DNA from: Gemmatimonadota bacterium | GTDB lineage: Bacteria > Latescibacterota > UBA2968 > UBA8231 | Assembly: GCA_038128265.1 (NCBI GenBank) | Contig: JAYPJE010000019.1 | Span: 10,937-74,936, forward strand | Direction: 5' to 3' | Length of the DNA stretch: 64,000 nt | In this document: positions 7,884 to 16,715 of the stretch, in pieces | Layout: every line of letters starts with the position of its first letter | Numbering within the stretch: position 1 is the first letter of the stretch | Position numbers and translations under genes: made by a program | The notes under the pieces: generated by a model | Database searches by the model: none | Told to the model about the DNA's origin: nothing | The model's input: the letters and a program-made list of their open reading frames with translations, nothing else

Positions 7884-8843
7884 GTGGACAATTCAATCAC
7901 CTACTCTATAAAGCTCGCGTCGCAGCGATCGGGGCTCACGGCACACGTTATCCGCATTTGGGAGAAGCGCTATGCGGCCATTTCTCCCCAGCGCACGGCC
8001 AGCGGTAGACGCCAGTACAGCGAAGGCCATATAGAGCGCCTCCGACTACTGGGCCAGTCGACCCGAGCCGGACACTCTATCGGTCAGATCGCCCACCTAT
8101 CGGATGAGCAGCTGCGCTCGCTTGTAGAAGAGGGTTCCCAGCCAGCCGTCAGTCCGTCCCCCACCGGGGCACCAGCACCGCTTGATACAGTTGGTTCGAG
8201 CACGTCCTCCGAAGCCATCGTAGAGCGCTGCATGGAAGCCGTTCAGCGGCTCGACTCGCAGGCCTTGGAGGGTGAACTGCGCCGCGCCGCGCTGCAGTTC
8301 GATCACAACAGCCTTATTTCGCACGTCATTGAGCCGCTTATGGCGACCATAGGGCAGCGCTGGAGAGACGGCTCGCTGCGCATTGCCAGCGAGCACCTGG
8401 CCTCCGTTGTCGTGCGCTCGTTCATCGACACCATCCGATCTGCACTGCGCGTTCCTGACGACGCACCGCATCTGCTAGTAACCACCCCGCTCGGCCAGAT
8501 GCACGAGCTGGGCGCTCTATTTGTTGCCACGCTGGCCGCTACAGAGGGCTGGCGCACCACCTATCTCGGCAGCAATATTGCGGCAGACGACATTGCAGCG
8601 GCCGCCTCTCAGCAGCGCGCGCGCGTCGTTGCGCTAAGCATTGTTTACTCTATTGACGCCGAGGTCCTTGCGGAGCAGTTGCACCAGCTGCGCGAGCGCT
8701 TGGGCAGCGGTGCCATCATTCTAGCTGGTGGAGCAGGCGCCGCACAGTGCCGCGCTCAGTTACAGCGCATCAATGCCATTTACATAGACGGATTTGCGCA
8801 GCTGCGGCCGACGCTCTCAGCCATCAGGCTTAGCGCCGCCTGA
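7884..8843 (+). CDS. carH: MerR-family cobalamin-binding photoreceptor/repressor (CarH/LitR-like), copy 2
   Basis: IRIWEKRY; WRDGSLRIASEH (W-x9-EH); QMHELG; YLGSNI; GTG start; TTGACG-N16-TATATT at 7850-7877. Confidence 0.85.
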   Translation: MDNSITYSIKLASQRSGLTAHVIRIWEKRYAAISPQRTASGRRQYSEGHIERLRLLGQSTRAGHSIGQIAHLSDEQLRSLVEEGSQPAVSPSPTGAPAPLDTVGSSTSSEAIVERCMEAVQRLDSQALEGELRRAALQFDHNSLISHVIEPLMATIGQRWRDGSLRIASEHLASVVVRSFIDTIRSALRVPDDAPHLLVTTPLGQMHELGALFVATLAATEGWRTTYLGSNIAADDIAAAASQQRARVVALSIVYSIDAEVLAEQLHQLRERLGSGAIILAGGAGAAQCRAQLQRINAIYIDGFAQLRPTLSAIRLSAA

Positions 8844-11080
8844 TGCGCCCGTTTTACATACTCCTCTGCATTCTCTTTTCGCTGTCCCAATCGTCCTTTG
8901 CTGCCACCCTCAGCGGCTTTGTGCGCGATGCCGAAGACGGTGAGAATCTACCCAACGCAACCGTTTCCTTTGACAGCCTGCGGCTGGGTGCCCTCAGCAA
9001 CGCAGACGGCTACTACGCCGTGCAAAACGTACCGGCCGGGCGCCACGCGCTGACGATCTCCTACATCGGCTACCGCGTGCAGCGCGACACCGTAGAATTT
9101 GCTGAGGGACAGCAGCTCCGACTCGATATAGAGCTGCAAAACGAATTGATCCGCATCGAGGAAGAAACGGTGGTTACGGCCGACCGCCTGCAGGACGAGC
9201 TGCGCCAACAGGCCAGCGTTACCGCGCTGCAGGCCAAGACGCTCGAGCGCCTGCCCGCCGTCGGCGAACCCGATCTCCTGCGCAGTTTACAGCTGCTGCC
9301 CGGCGTGCAGTCGGCCTCCGACATCAGCAGCGGGCTCTACGTGCGCGGAGGGGGCCCCGACCAGACGCGCATCCTGCTCGACCAGGTTCCGCTCTACAAT
9401 CCGGCGCACGCCTTTGGTTTCTTCTCGACCTTTAATCCGGATGCCATCAAGGACATCACGTTTTACAAAGGCGCTTATCCCGCTCAGTATGGGGGCAATC
9501 TCGGCGCCGTGCTCGACGTGCAGAACATCGAAGGCAACCGACGCCGCATCAGCGGGCGCGGCGGCATCAGCCTGATCTCTGGCCGGCTGCTGACCGAAGG
9601 CCCCATAGAAAACGGATCGTGGCTGCTAGCCGGCCGACGCACCTACCTCGACCCGGTTCTGGCGGCAGTGCGTCGCAACGGCATCGATGTGCCCGACTAT
9701 TATTTTTACGACCTAAACTTCAAGGTACACCGCACGTTCGGCGATGCCGACACCATGGTCCTGAGCGCCTACTGGGGCCGCGACCTGCTCGACTTTGCCC
9801 TCGACCCCGACGCCGAGACCTACTTTAACATTCGCTGGGGCAACCGGGCCGTGAGCGGACGCTGGAAGCGCGTTTTCACCCCGGCGCTCTTCGGTCGCTT
9901 CACCGCATTCTACTCCGAGTACGAGAGCGATATCGGTCTGAGTTTTTTCGAGACGCCCATCGACTTTGGCAACAAGGTCCGAGACGTGTCTTTTAAAGCG
10001 GATGTCGACTACTTTATCGGCTCTAATCACACCATTAAAAGTGGATTGCAGCTGAGTCACTACGCATTCGATTTCGCCTCATCGTTTAATCGCCAAGAGC
10101 AGTTCGACCTCAATACCAACCCCTTGCTGCTATCGGCCTACGCTCAGGACGACTGGCAAATAACCCCGCTTACCGACCTGCGCATTGGGCTGCGCTCCAG
10201 CTATTTTAGCGAGGGCGCACGCGCCGTTTTAGAACCGCGCTTTTCCCTATCGCAGGTGCTGCAGCCCGGCTGGCGTTTTAAGCTGGCCGGCGGCCTTTAC
10301 CACCAGTATTTGCAATTGGTCACTTCCGAGGGCTTTAGCGGGGGCGACTTTTGGGTTCCACTCGATGAGAGCGTGCCACCAGGCCGGTCATGGCAGTTGG
10401 TAACCGGCCTGGAGTGGGAGCCTTCACAGCGCTACAGGCTGAGCGCCGAGGCCTATTATACCGACCTCGACAACCTAGTGCTACTCGACAACGACAGCGT
10501 CGCCGACAGCGACCAGACGCGCTCCATCGACGTCTTCAAGACGGATGGCAGCGGCTATGCAACGGGCCTAGAAATCTTTGCGGAAAAGCGCACGGGGCGG
10601 CTGCGCGGCTGGCTGGGCTACACGCTGGGATGGACGCGGCGTACGTTCCCAGAAATAAATGAAGGACGCACATTCCCCCCAAAATACGACCGCCGCCACG
10701 ACGCGTCGCTGACAGCGACCTACCGAATCGGCAAGTGGATTGCCAGCACCAGCTTTGTCTACGGAACGGGCCAAGCCTTCACCCCGGCAGCGGCCCGCTA
10801 TCAGCTGCGCGATCCGGCCACGGGAATTTTCGAAGATCGCGCCCTGCCGGCGGAGCGCAACAGCGGGCGCCTCTTGCCCTATCACCGACTCGATGCCGGC
10901 ATGCGCCGCTCCCTTGCCCTATGGGGCAGAGACGCAGAGGCCTTTATACAGATATTCAACGTCTACAGCCGGCGCAACGAGTGGTTTGTGCAATACAATA
11001 CCGAAGATCCGGCCACCGAACCGGAGGTGGTTAAGATGCTGCCCATCGTGCCGACGTTTGGCCTCAACTTTTCTTTCTAA
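8843..11080 (+). CDS. TonB-dependent receptor with N-terminal carboxypeptidase-regulatory-like domain
   Basis: Signal peptide; LSGFVRDAEDGENLPNATV; plug GEPDLLRSLQLLPGV..YVRGG; C-terminal FNFSF; start overlaps carH2 stop (TGATG). Confidence 0.9.
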   Translation: MRPFYILLCILFSLSQSSFAATLSGFVRDAEDGENLPNATVSFDSLRLGALSNADGYYAVQNVPAGRHALTISYIGYRVQRDTVEFAEGQQLRLDIELQNELIRIEEETVVTADRLQDELRQQASVTALQAKTLERLPAVGEPDLLRSLQLLPGVQSASDISSGLYVRGGGPDQTRILLDQVPLYNPAHAFGFFSTFNPDAIKDITFYKGAYPAQYGGNLGAVLDVQNIEGNRRRISGRGGISLISGRLLTEGPIENGSWLLAGRRTYLDPVLAAVRRNGIDVPDYYFYDLNFKVHRTFGDADTMVLSAYWGRDLLDFALDPDAETYFNIRWGNRAVSGRWKRVFTPALFGRFTAFYSEYESDIGLSFFETPIDFGNKVRDVSFKADVDYFIGSNHTIKSGLQLSHYAFDFASSFNRQEQFDLNTNPLLLSAYAQDDWQITPLTDLRIGLRSSYFSEGARAVLEPRFSLSQVLQPGWRFKLAGGLYHQYLQLVTSEGFSGGDFWVPLDESVPPGRSWQLVTGLEWEPSQRYRLSAEAYYTDLDNLVLLDNDSVADSDQTRSIDVFKTDGSGYATGLEIFAEKRTGRLRGWLGYTLGWTRRTFPEINEGRTFPPKYDRRHDASLTATYRIGKWIASTSFVYGTGQAFTPAAARYQLRDPATGIFEDRALPAERNSGRLLPYHRLDAGMRRSLALWGRDAEAFIQIFNVYSRRNEWFVQYNTEDPATEPEVVKMLPIVPTFGLNFSF

Positions 11081-12033
11081 TGCCCATGCGATATACGCCG
11101 ACTCACCTAGCGCATAGGACGACTGCCCTGGCACTGCTCATGCTGCTATCCGCCTGCTCGGCCGACCGCAAACCAGGCGAACTCTTCGGTCCCAGCGAAG
11201 CCGGCATGTTGGTCATAGATGCCATTCTCATCGTCGACCAGCCACTGCCCGACCTCTTTCTCAAACGCACGATCGCACCGGGGGCCACGCAGACGGCAGA
11301 GGCCCTGGCCGTCGATGACGCACAGGTCGTTTTGCGCACCGGAGACTCGACCTACCGCTACGCGTCCGACCCCGACTCGTTAGGCCGCTACCTCCCCCCA
11401 GCCAACGCCCCCATCGTCCAACCGCAGCGCCTGTACCAGCTCGAAGCCAGCACGCCCGATGGTCAGTCCCTGCGCGCGCAGACGACTACGCCGCAGCGCA
11501 TCAGGGTTGAGCAGTTTCTTCTACTCGACGAGGAAACGCTGCAGGTCGATCGTCCGCTGGCGCTGTTTTCCGAGAAGGGAGACGGCGTATACGAAGAGCG
11601 GGCAAACCAGGTGCCCTATCGCCAAGGGCTGCTCGAAGTACGCCTAAGCGCAAACGACATCGAGGCCTACCAATTGGCAATTTTCAATTTGGAAACGGAT
11701 TCTCCGCTGCTTATTGAAGCCGATTTCTTAGAAGAAGACGATCTGGAAGAATTCGATCGATCGGGCGCATCGCCCCCCCTAGCCATTAGCGACGGGAACG
11801 CCCGTTTGCCCTGGTTTGGCATCGCTTTTGAAGGTCGCCATAAGTTTCTGATCTACGCTCTCGACAAGAATTGGTACGACTTTGTGCGCACAGATCCCAA
11901 CAGCGACGGTGGTGGCGGCGGCGGCCTGCTTGGAGACCAGTTTCAACGACCCATTTTCAACGTGGAAGGCGGCATCGGCTTTTTCGCTTCCACCGCGGTC
12001 GATTCCGTTGGCTTCACCGTATACGTGCCCTAA
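11080..12033 (+). CDS. TonB-receptor-associated lipoprotein (DUF4249-like)
   Basis: Lipobox LLSAC; C-terminal NVEGGIGFFAS; coupled to the receptor (TAATG). Confidence 0.7.
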   Translation: MPMRYTPTHLAHRTTALALLMLLSACSADRKPGELFGPSEAGMLVIDAILIVDQPLPDLFLKRTIAPGATQTAEALAVDDAQVVLRTGDSTYRYASDPDSLGRYLPPANAPIVQPQRLYQLEASTPDGQSLRAQTTTPQRIRVEQFLLLDEETLQVDRPLALFSEKGDGVYEERANQVPYRQGLLEVRLSANDIEAYQLAIFNLETDSPLLIEADFLEEDDLEEFDRSGASPPLAISDGNARLPWFGIAFEGRHKFLIYALDKNWYDFVRTDPNSDGGGGGGLLGDQFQRPIFNVEGGIGFFASTAVDSVGFTVYVP

Positions 12034-12042
12034 CCCGGCGCA

Positions 12043-12942
12043 CTAGGCATAAATCGCACGCGCCGCGCGGTGCACCTCGGCATGTAAATCGGCCGTCTGC
12101 TCGGCCGTGGGCGCATACCCCCCAGACATCAGCAGCACGAGCGGCGTGCCCTTGGCCGCCAGCATCTCCAACACCGCCTGCTCCCGTGCGCGCAGCCCCG
12201 CTCTGCTCAGCGCCAACCGACCGTAGCGGTCCCCTTGGACCACATCTACACCAGCCAGATAAAAGGCGATATCCGCGCGCGCCTCGTCGAGCACCTGCGG
12301 CAGGTGCTCGGCCAGTCGCTCGGCATACTGATCGTCGTCTGTGCCATCATCCAGCTCGACATCGCGCGACGATTTTTCCTTTACAAAGGGATAGTTTTTG
12401 GCACCGTGCATCGAGAAGGTATACGCCGCCGGATCACCGGCCAATGCCGCCGCCGTGCCGTTACCCTGATGTACATCCAGATCGATAACTACGCCCCGCT
12501 CAATCGCTCCTTCGGCGACCAGGGTGCGGATGGCTACCGCCATGTCGTTAAACACGCAAAACCCCTCGCCGTGACCGGGGAAAGCGTGGTGCGTGCCACC
12601 GGCCAAATTAGCGGCGATGCCGTCCTCCAACGCCATGCGCGCCGCCGCTAGCGTTCCCTGCACGGCCAGGCGCGAGCGACGCAGCAGCGCCTCTGACCAA
12701 GGCAGCCCCATGCGGCGCTCCTCGCGACGCGCGAGGTCCCCGCGGCGAAGCTTGTCCAGGTACGACGCTTCGTGCACGCGCAGCAAGTCATCCCAGGCCG
12801 CTTCGGTCGGCTCGCAAATATGCTGTGGCAACAGGAGCCCCTCCGCCAAGAGAATGCGCTGTAAAGCGGCAAACTTGCCCATTGGAAAGGGATGGTTGGC
12901 GGGCAATTCGACGACGTATGCGGGACTGTAACTGACGCGCAT
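12043..12942 (-). CDS. Histone deacetylase family protein
   Basis: HPFPMGKF, GGTHHA, GFCVFND, DLDVHQGNGT, GGY. Confidence 0.92.
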   Translation of the reverse strand: MRVSYSPAYVVELPANHPFPMGKFAALQRILLAEGLLLPQHICEPTEAAWDDLLRVHEASYLDKLRRGDLARREERRMGLPWSEALLRRSRLAVQGTLAAARMALEDGIAANLAGGTHHAFPGHGEGFCVFNDMAVAIRTLVAEGAIERGVVIDLDVHQGNGTAAALAGDPAAYTFSMHGAKNYPFVKEKSSRDVELDDGTDDDQYAERLAEHLPQVLDEARADIAFYLAGVDVVQGDRYGRLALSRAGLRAREQAVLEMLAAKGTPLVLLMSGGYAPTAEQTADLHAEVHRAARAIYA

Positions 12943-12987
12943 AAAACAGACCTTAACTGCGCGTCACAGAGCGGGCAACAGGCTGCA

Positions 12988-13872
12988 TCAGCCCAGCTTC
13001 GCCGACAGCGCGCTCTCTACGTCGGATAGGGCGAATTGAAAACCCGCATTGAGCAGCTTGTGCGGTTCGACGCGCTGACTGGCCAACAGCGCGTCGTCTG
13101 CCATTTCTCCCAGCGCCATGCGCAGCGCAAACGCCGGAACGGGAAAGGGGGTCGGACGGCGCAGAGCGCGCCCCAGCGCGCGCGTGAAGTCGGCGTTGCG
13201 CACCGGATGTGGAGCGACCACGTTGACCGGGCCACTCAGCGTACGCGCACTTAGCATCCAGTAAATGGCCGCTACGGCATCGTCCAAATCGATCCAACTC
13301 ATATACTGCTGACCGCTCCCCAAACGGCCGCCCAGGCCCAGCTTGAAGGGCAGGTACATTTTGCCGAGTGCACCACCGGCGCGATCCAGCACGATGCCGA
13401 ACCGCGCGTGAATGACCTGCGTCGGCGCCGCCGCCGCCGCCGCCTCCCAAGCCTGCCCCAATTCTGCGAGAAACCCGCTGCCCAGCGCACTGTCTTCCGT
13501 GAGGACTTCGTCTCCGCGATTGCCGTAGATACCCACGGCGGATGCGCAAACAAACACCTCCGGTCTGCTATGGGCGTGTTGCAACGCGTTGACTAATAGG
13601 GCCGTACTGCCCATCCTACTCGAGCGTAGCTCGGCTTTTCTGCGCTCCGTCCAGCGCCCTTCGGCAATATTGCTACCTCCCAAGTGGACCACGGCATCGA
13701 CTCCATCCAACGCCGCCTCATCGATTTCTCCGCGCACTATATCCCACCCAAACTCCTCTTCGCTTTCTGGCTTGCGCCGCACGAGACGAGCAACGGTATG
13801 ACCCTCAGCACACAGGAGACGGGCCAACGCCGATCCGATAAGGCCGCTGCTCCCGGCCAATAGCACCCTCAC
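12988..13872 (-). CDS. TIGR01777-family NAD-dependent epimerase/oxidoreductase
   Basis: GSSGLIG, RWT..K..LRSSR, SAVGIYG, GGRLGSGQQYMSWI, SQRVEP. Confidence 0.88.
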   Translation of the reverse strand: MRVLLAGSSGLIGSALARLLCAEGHTVARLVRRKPESEEEFGWDIVRGEIDEAALDGVDAVVHLGGSNIAEGRWTERRKAELRSSRMGSTALLVNALQHAHSRPEVFVCASAVGIYGNRGDEVLTEDSALGSGFLAELGQAWEAAAAAAPTQVIHARFGIVLDRAGGALGKMYLPFKLGLGGRLGSGQQYMSWIDLDDAVAAIYWMLSARTLSGPVNVVAPHPVRNADFTRALGRALRRPTPFPVPAFALRMALGEMADDALLASQRVEPHKLLNAGFQFALSDVESALSAKLG

Positions 13873-13873
13873 T

Positions 13874-14974
13874 TCACACCTCCTTCCACGCCGCGCGCAG
13901 CTGCTCCGACAGCACCGCTCGCTCTGAGGCCGGCCCGACCGTTATCCGTATGCAGCGATCGAGCGGTGCTACCCCCGGCATGCGCACAAAAACACCGCGT
14001 TCCAATAGGGCGGTCATCAGCGCCCGCGCCCGCGTTCCATCGCCCGCGTCGAGCGCTACGAAATTTGTTGCCGATGGCACGATAGCCGTGCCAAGTGCGC
14101 GCGCCAGATCGGCATACTCGCCCTTACCGCGCTCCACCTCGGCAACCACGTCGCGCACGAAGTCGTCATCGTCGAGCGCAGCGAGGGCACCGGCCTGCGC
14201 CACGCGGCTGACGCCAAAGTGGTTGCGCACCTTGTCGAGCGCCTCGACCAACGGGGCGGGCGCCATAGCATACCCGATGCGTGCACCCGCCATGCCATAG
14301 GCTTTGGAAAACGTGCGCAGGTGCACTACGCGCGCACGGTTCAAGTCAGGGGCTAGTAGCGCGCTTTCCGGCGCAAAGTCGGCGTAGGCCTCGTCGAGTA
14401 ACAGCACGCTCGTGTCGGGAAGATGCGCGACAAACTCGGCCAGCGCACCACGGTCGTGCCAGGTGCCCATAGGGTTGTCGGGATTAGATACATAGACGAT
14501 TTTGGGCGCGACCGCACGCGCCGCATCGGCCAGGGCAGATAGATCTTCGCAATCGTCTCGGTAGGGCACCTTGTGCAGGATGCCGCCGTAGCCTTCGACG
14601 TGGTAGTTAAACGTCGGATACGCGCCCATCGATGTGAGCACCGCGTCGCCGGGATCGACGAGAAGGCGCACGAAAAGCCCAAGTAGATCGTCGATGCCGC
14701 TGCCCAGGGCAATTTCCCCGCGCTGGAGACCGTGCTTTTGTGCCAGCGCTTCGCGCAGCACATAGCCCTCGGGATCGCCGTACCAGTGCACCTGCTCGAT
14801 GGATTGGACCATAGCCTCATGCGCACGCGGCGACGGACCAAAATTGCTCTCGTTGGCTCCCGTGCGCACGCTCAGCGGGCGGCCCAAGCGGCGCTCCAGC
14901 GCCTCGGGAGGTACAAAAGGCACTACCTGCGGCAGCGCAGCAACGGTGCGCGAAAATTGCCAGTCTTCTAGCAT
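13874..14974 (-). CDS. PLP-dependent aminotransferase class I/II (HisC-like)
   Basis: GANES.FGPSP, NPDNPMG, LDEAY, RTFSKAYGMAGARIGY; start placed at MLEDW (14974). Confidence 0.85.
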   Translation of the reverse strand: MLEDWQFSRTVAALPQVVPFVPPEALERRLGRPLSVRTGANESNFGPSPRAHEAMVQSIEQVHWYGDPEGYVLREALAQKHGLQRGEIALGSGIDDLLGLFVRLLVDPGDAVLTSMGAYPTFNYHVEGYGGILHKVPYRDDCEDLSALADAARAVAPKIVYVSNPDNPMGTWHDRGALAEFVAHLPDTSVLLLDEAYADFAPESALLAPDLNRARVVHLRTFSKAYGMAGARIGYAMAPAPLVEALDKVRNHFGVSRVAQAGALAALDDDDFVRDVVAEVERGKGEYADLARALGTAIVPSATNFVALDAGDGTRARALMTALLERGVFVRMPGVAPLDRCIRITVGPASERAVLSEQLRAAWKEV

Positions 14975-15053
14975 GTGTTTCCAGTGGCTGGCCGACCAGC
15001 CCCTCCTTACTTTCGTATATACTGCAATTTTACTGCGGCGAAAGGGCACTGAT

Positions 15054-15713
15054 ATGACGGGCTTAGCCCCCCACGAGCGCACGGCTTTTGGCCTGCGCCT
15101 ACCCAGCGCCACCCACCCCGAACTGCGCCTTGTAAAAGGGCGCAATGCACCGCGTCAGCAGGGCCATAAAGCGTGGAATGCTGGATGGTTACTCATGGAC
15201 TTTCTACAGCGCCATCCCCTCGCACCGCAGGCGCGCGTGCTCGACGTGGGCTGTGGCTGGGGCTTGGGTGGCATCTTTTGCGCGCGCGCGTTTGACGCCC
15301 GCGTCACGGCGACGGATATCGACCCACTGGTGTTCCCCTTTGTCGACCTGCACGCGCGGCTTAATGACGTTGACATCGCCACGCAGCCGCTGGATTTTTC
15401 CCGCGTCGACAAGGCGCTTCTGGCAAGGCACGACATCGTTATCGGAGCCGATATTTGCTTTCGCCAGAATATGGTGCAAACCGTGCTGCAGCTCGTAGAA
15501 CGCGCGCTGGACGCCGGCGTCGAGCAGCTGCTCTTGGCCGATCCTGGACGGCCCTCTTTCCTAGCGCTAGGCCGCCACTGCGTCGAGCATCTGGGTGCTT
15601 CTCTACAGGAGTGGACAACCGTCGAGCCGCTCATCGCCTGGACGGGCCAGCGCCCCACTATCCGCGGCCATTTGCTGCTGTTGGGCCCGTGGCCTACCCC
15701 GTCTCCGGCATAA
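15054..15713 (+). CDS. Class I SAM-dependent methyltransferase (lysine-methyltransferase / Methyltransf_16-like)
   Basis: GHKAWNAG, VLDVGCGWGL, IGADICF, ADPGR; start placed at MTGL (15054). Confidence 0.75.
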   Translation: MTGLAPHERTAFGLRLPSATHPELRLVKGRNAPRQQGHKAWNAGWLLMDFLQRHPLAPQARVLDVGCGWGLGGIFCARAFDARVTATDIDPLVFPFVDLHARLNDVDIATQPLDFSRVDKALLARHDIVIGADICFRQNMVQTVLQLVERALDAGVEQLLLADPGRPSFLALGRHCVEHLGASLQEWTTVEPLIAWTGQRPTIRGHLLLLGPWPTPSPA

Positions 15714-16599
15714 AAGCGGGCAACGCAATGCCGCGCATGGGCGAGTACTGGCCGCGCACCTGCGTGACGTGCAGTTCACAGTTGCGCCCGCCCCACGCAT
15801 AGACCTGGCGCACCAGCGACGCACACTCAGCCGGCACTAAAAAGAGCGTCGAGCGCCCCGGTCGGCCCAGCAGCTGCTGGTATATAAGCGCGGCGGCCCC
15901 GTCTTCGCTCTGCGCTACGCCCGGCCCCAACATATCGCGACTAGCCACGAGAAAACCCGTCAGCTGTCCGCCATGCTCGCACACGCACACATTCCAAAAA
16001 CCCTCCCGATTGTCGACGAAGTGTCGATAGTCACCGCCCCGATCAATTCCGCAGAGGGTGCGCTCTAACGCCGCCATGGATTCCACATCCTCTGGGCGCG
16101 CGGCACGCACGCTCGCCAGCGCGGAAGGCGGTGTATCCAACCCCGCTTCGGGCACGTCGACAACGACGTCCTGATAGAGGCAGCGCGGCACGAATCCGGC
16201 GCGCGTATAGAGCGAAAAAGAATCGAGGTTCAGCGCACTAGAGACCAGGCGCAGCGGCATCTGCAGCGCGTCGGCTCGGCCGACGATATATGCGAGTAGC
16301 GCGCGTGCCACCCCGCGACCAAAGTAGTTGGGATGGGCATTCATAATGCCCAGCGATACGTGCGTTGGCCGCTCGTGGTAAAAGCACGAACCAGCGAGCT
16401 GTCCATCCAGCTCAGCGACCAGCCCAGCGCTGCCTTGGAGCGCACTGTATACCTCGTAAAACACATCGGCCGAACGCGGCCCATCGGGAAATATACGGCC
16501 CATGCCGCGCGCCTCGTACCAGTAGTTGGTGGACACGCAGATAAGCTCGGCCACCGCCGATCGATCGCCTGCTTCCATACGGCGTATTTGTGGTATCAT
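15694..16599 (-). CDS. GNAT-family N-acetyltransferase (two-domain)
   Basis: HPNYFGRGVARALL acetyl-CoA motif, SLYTRAGF; TTGACA-N17-GATATT (16636-16608) just upstream. Confidence 0.8.
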   Translation of the reverse strand: MIPQIRRMEAGDRSAVAELICVSTNYWYEARGMGRIFPDGPRSADVFYEVYSALQGSAGLVAELDGQLAGSCFYHERPTHVSLGIMNAHPNYFGRGVARALLAYIVGRADALQMPLRLVSSALNLDSFSLYTRAGFVPRCLYQDVVVDVPEAGLDTPPSALASVRAARPEDVESMAALERTLCGIDRGGDYRHFVDNREGFWNVCVCEHGGQLTGFLVASRDMLGPGVAQSEDGAAALIYQQLLGRPGRSTLFLVPAECASLVRQVYAWGGRNCELHVTQVRGQYSPMRGIALPAFMPETG

Positions 16600-16715
16600 G
16601 GGGGCCCAATATCCCCCCCGCGCCCAGCGATGTCAAGCCAGTCCCATAGACGCTGTTGGCACACTTCATATATTCTGAATGCGCATTATCAAACCACTAC
16701 AAACGGACGACGACC

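Noticed and set aside
7786..8843. Cobalamin riboswitch ahead of the TonB receptor operon
   Set aside because: There is no intergenic space before the receptor, and the 98-bp spacer before carH2 is too short and lacks a B12-box.
13427..13444. (GCC)6 run as a contingency repeat
   Set aside because: It is an in-frame poly-Ala in TIGR01777, unremarkable in GC-rich DNA.
13874..14974. Assigning the symbol hisC
   Set aside because: The family motifs fit, but there is no his-operon context and substrate specificity cannot be read from sequence.
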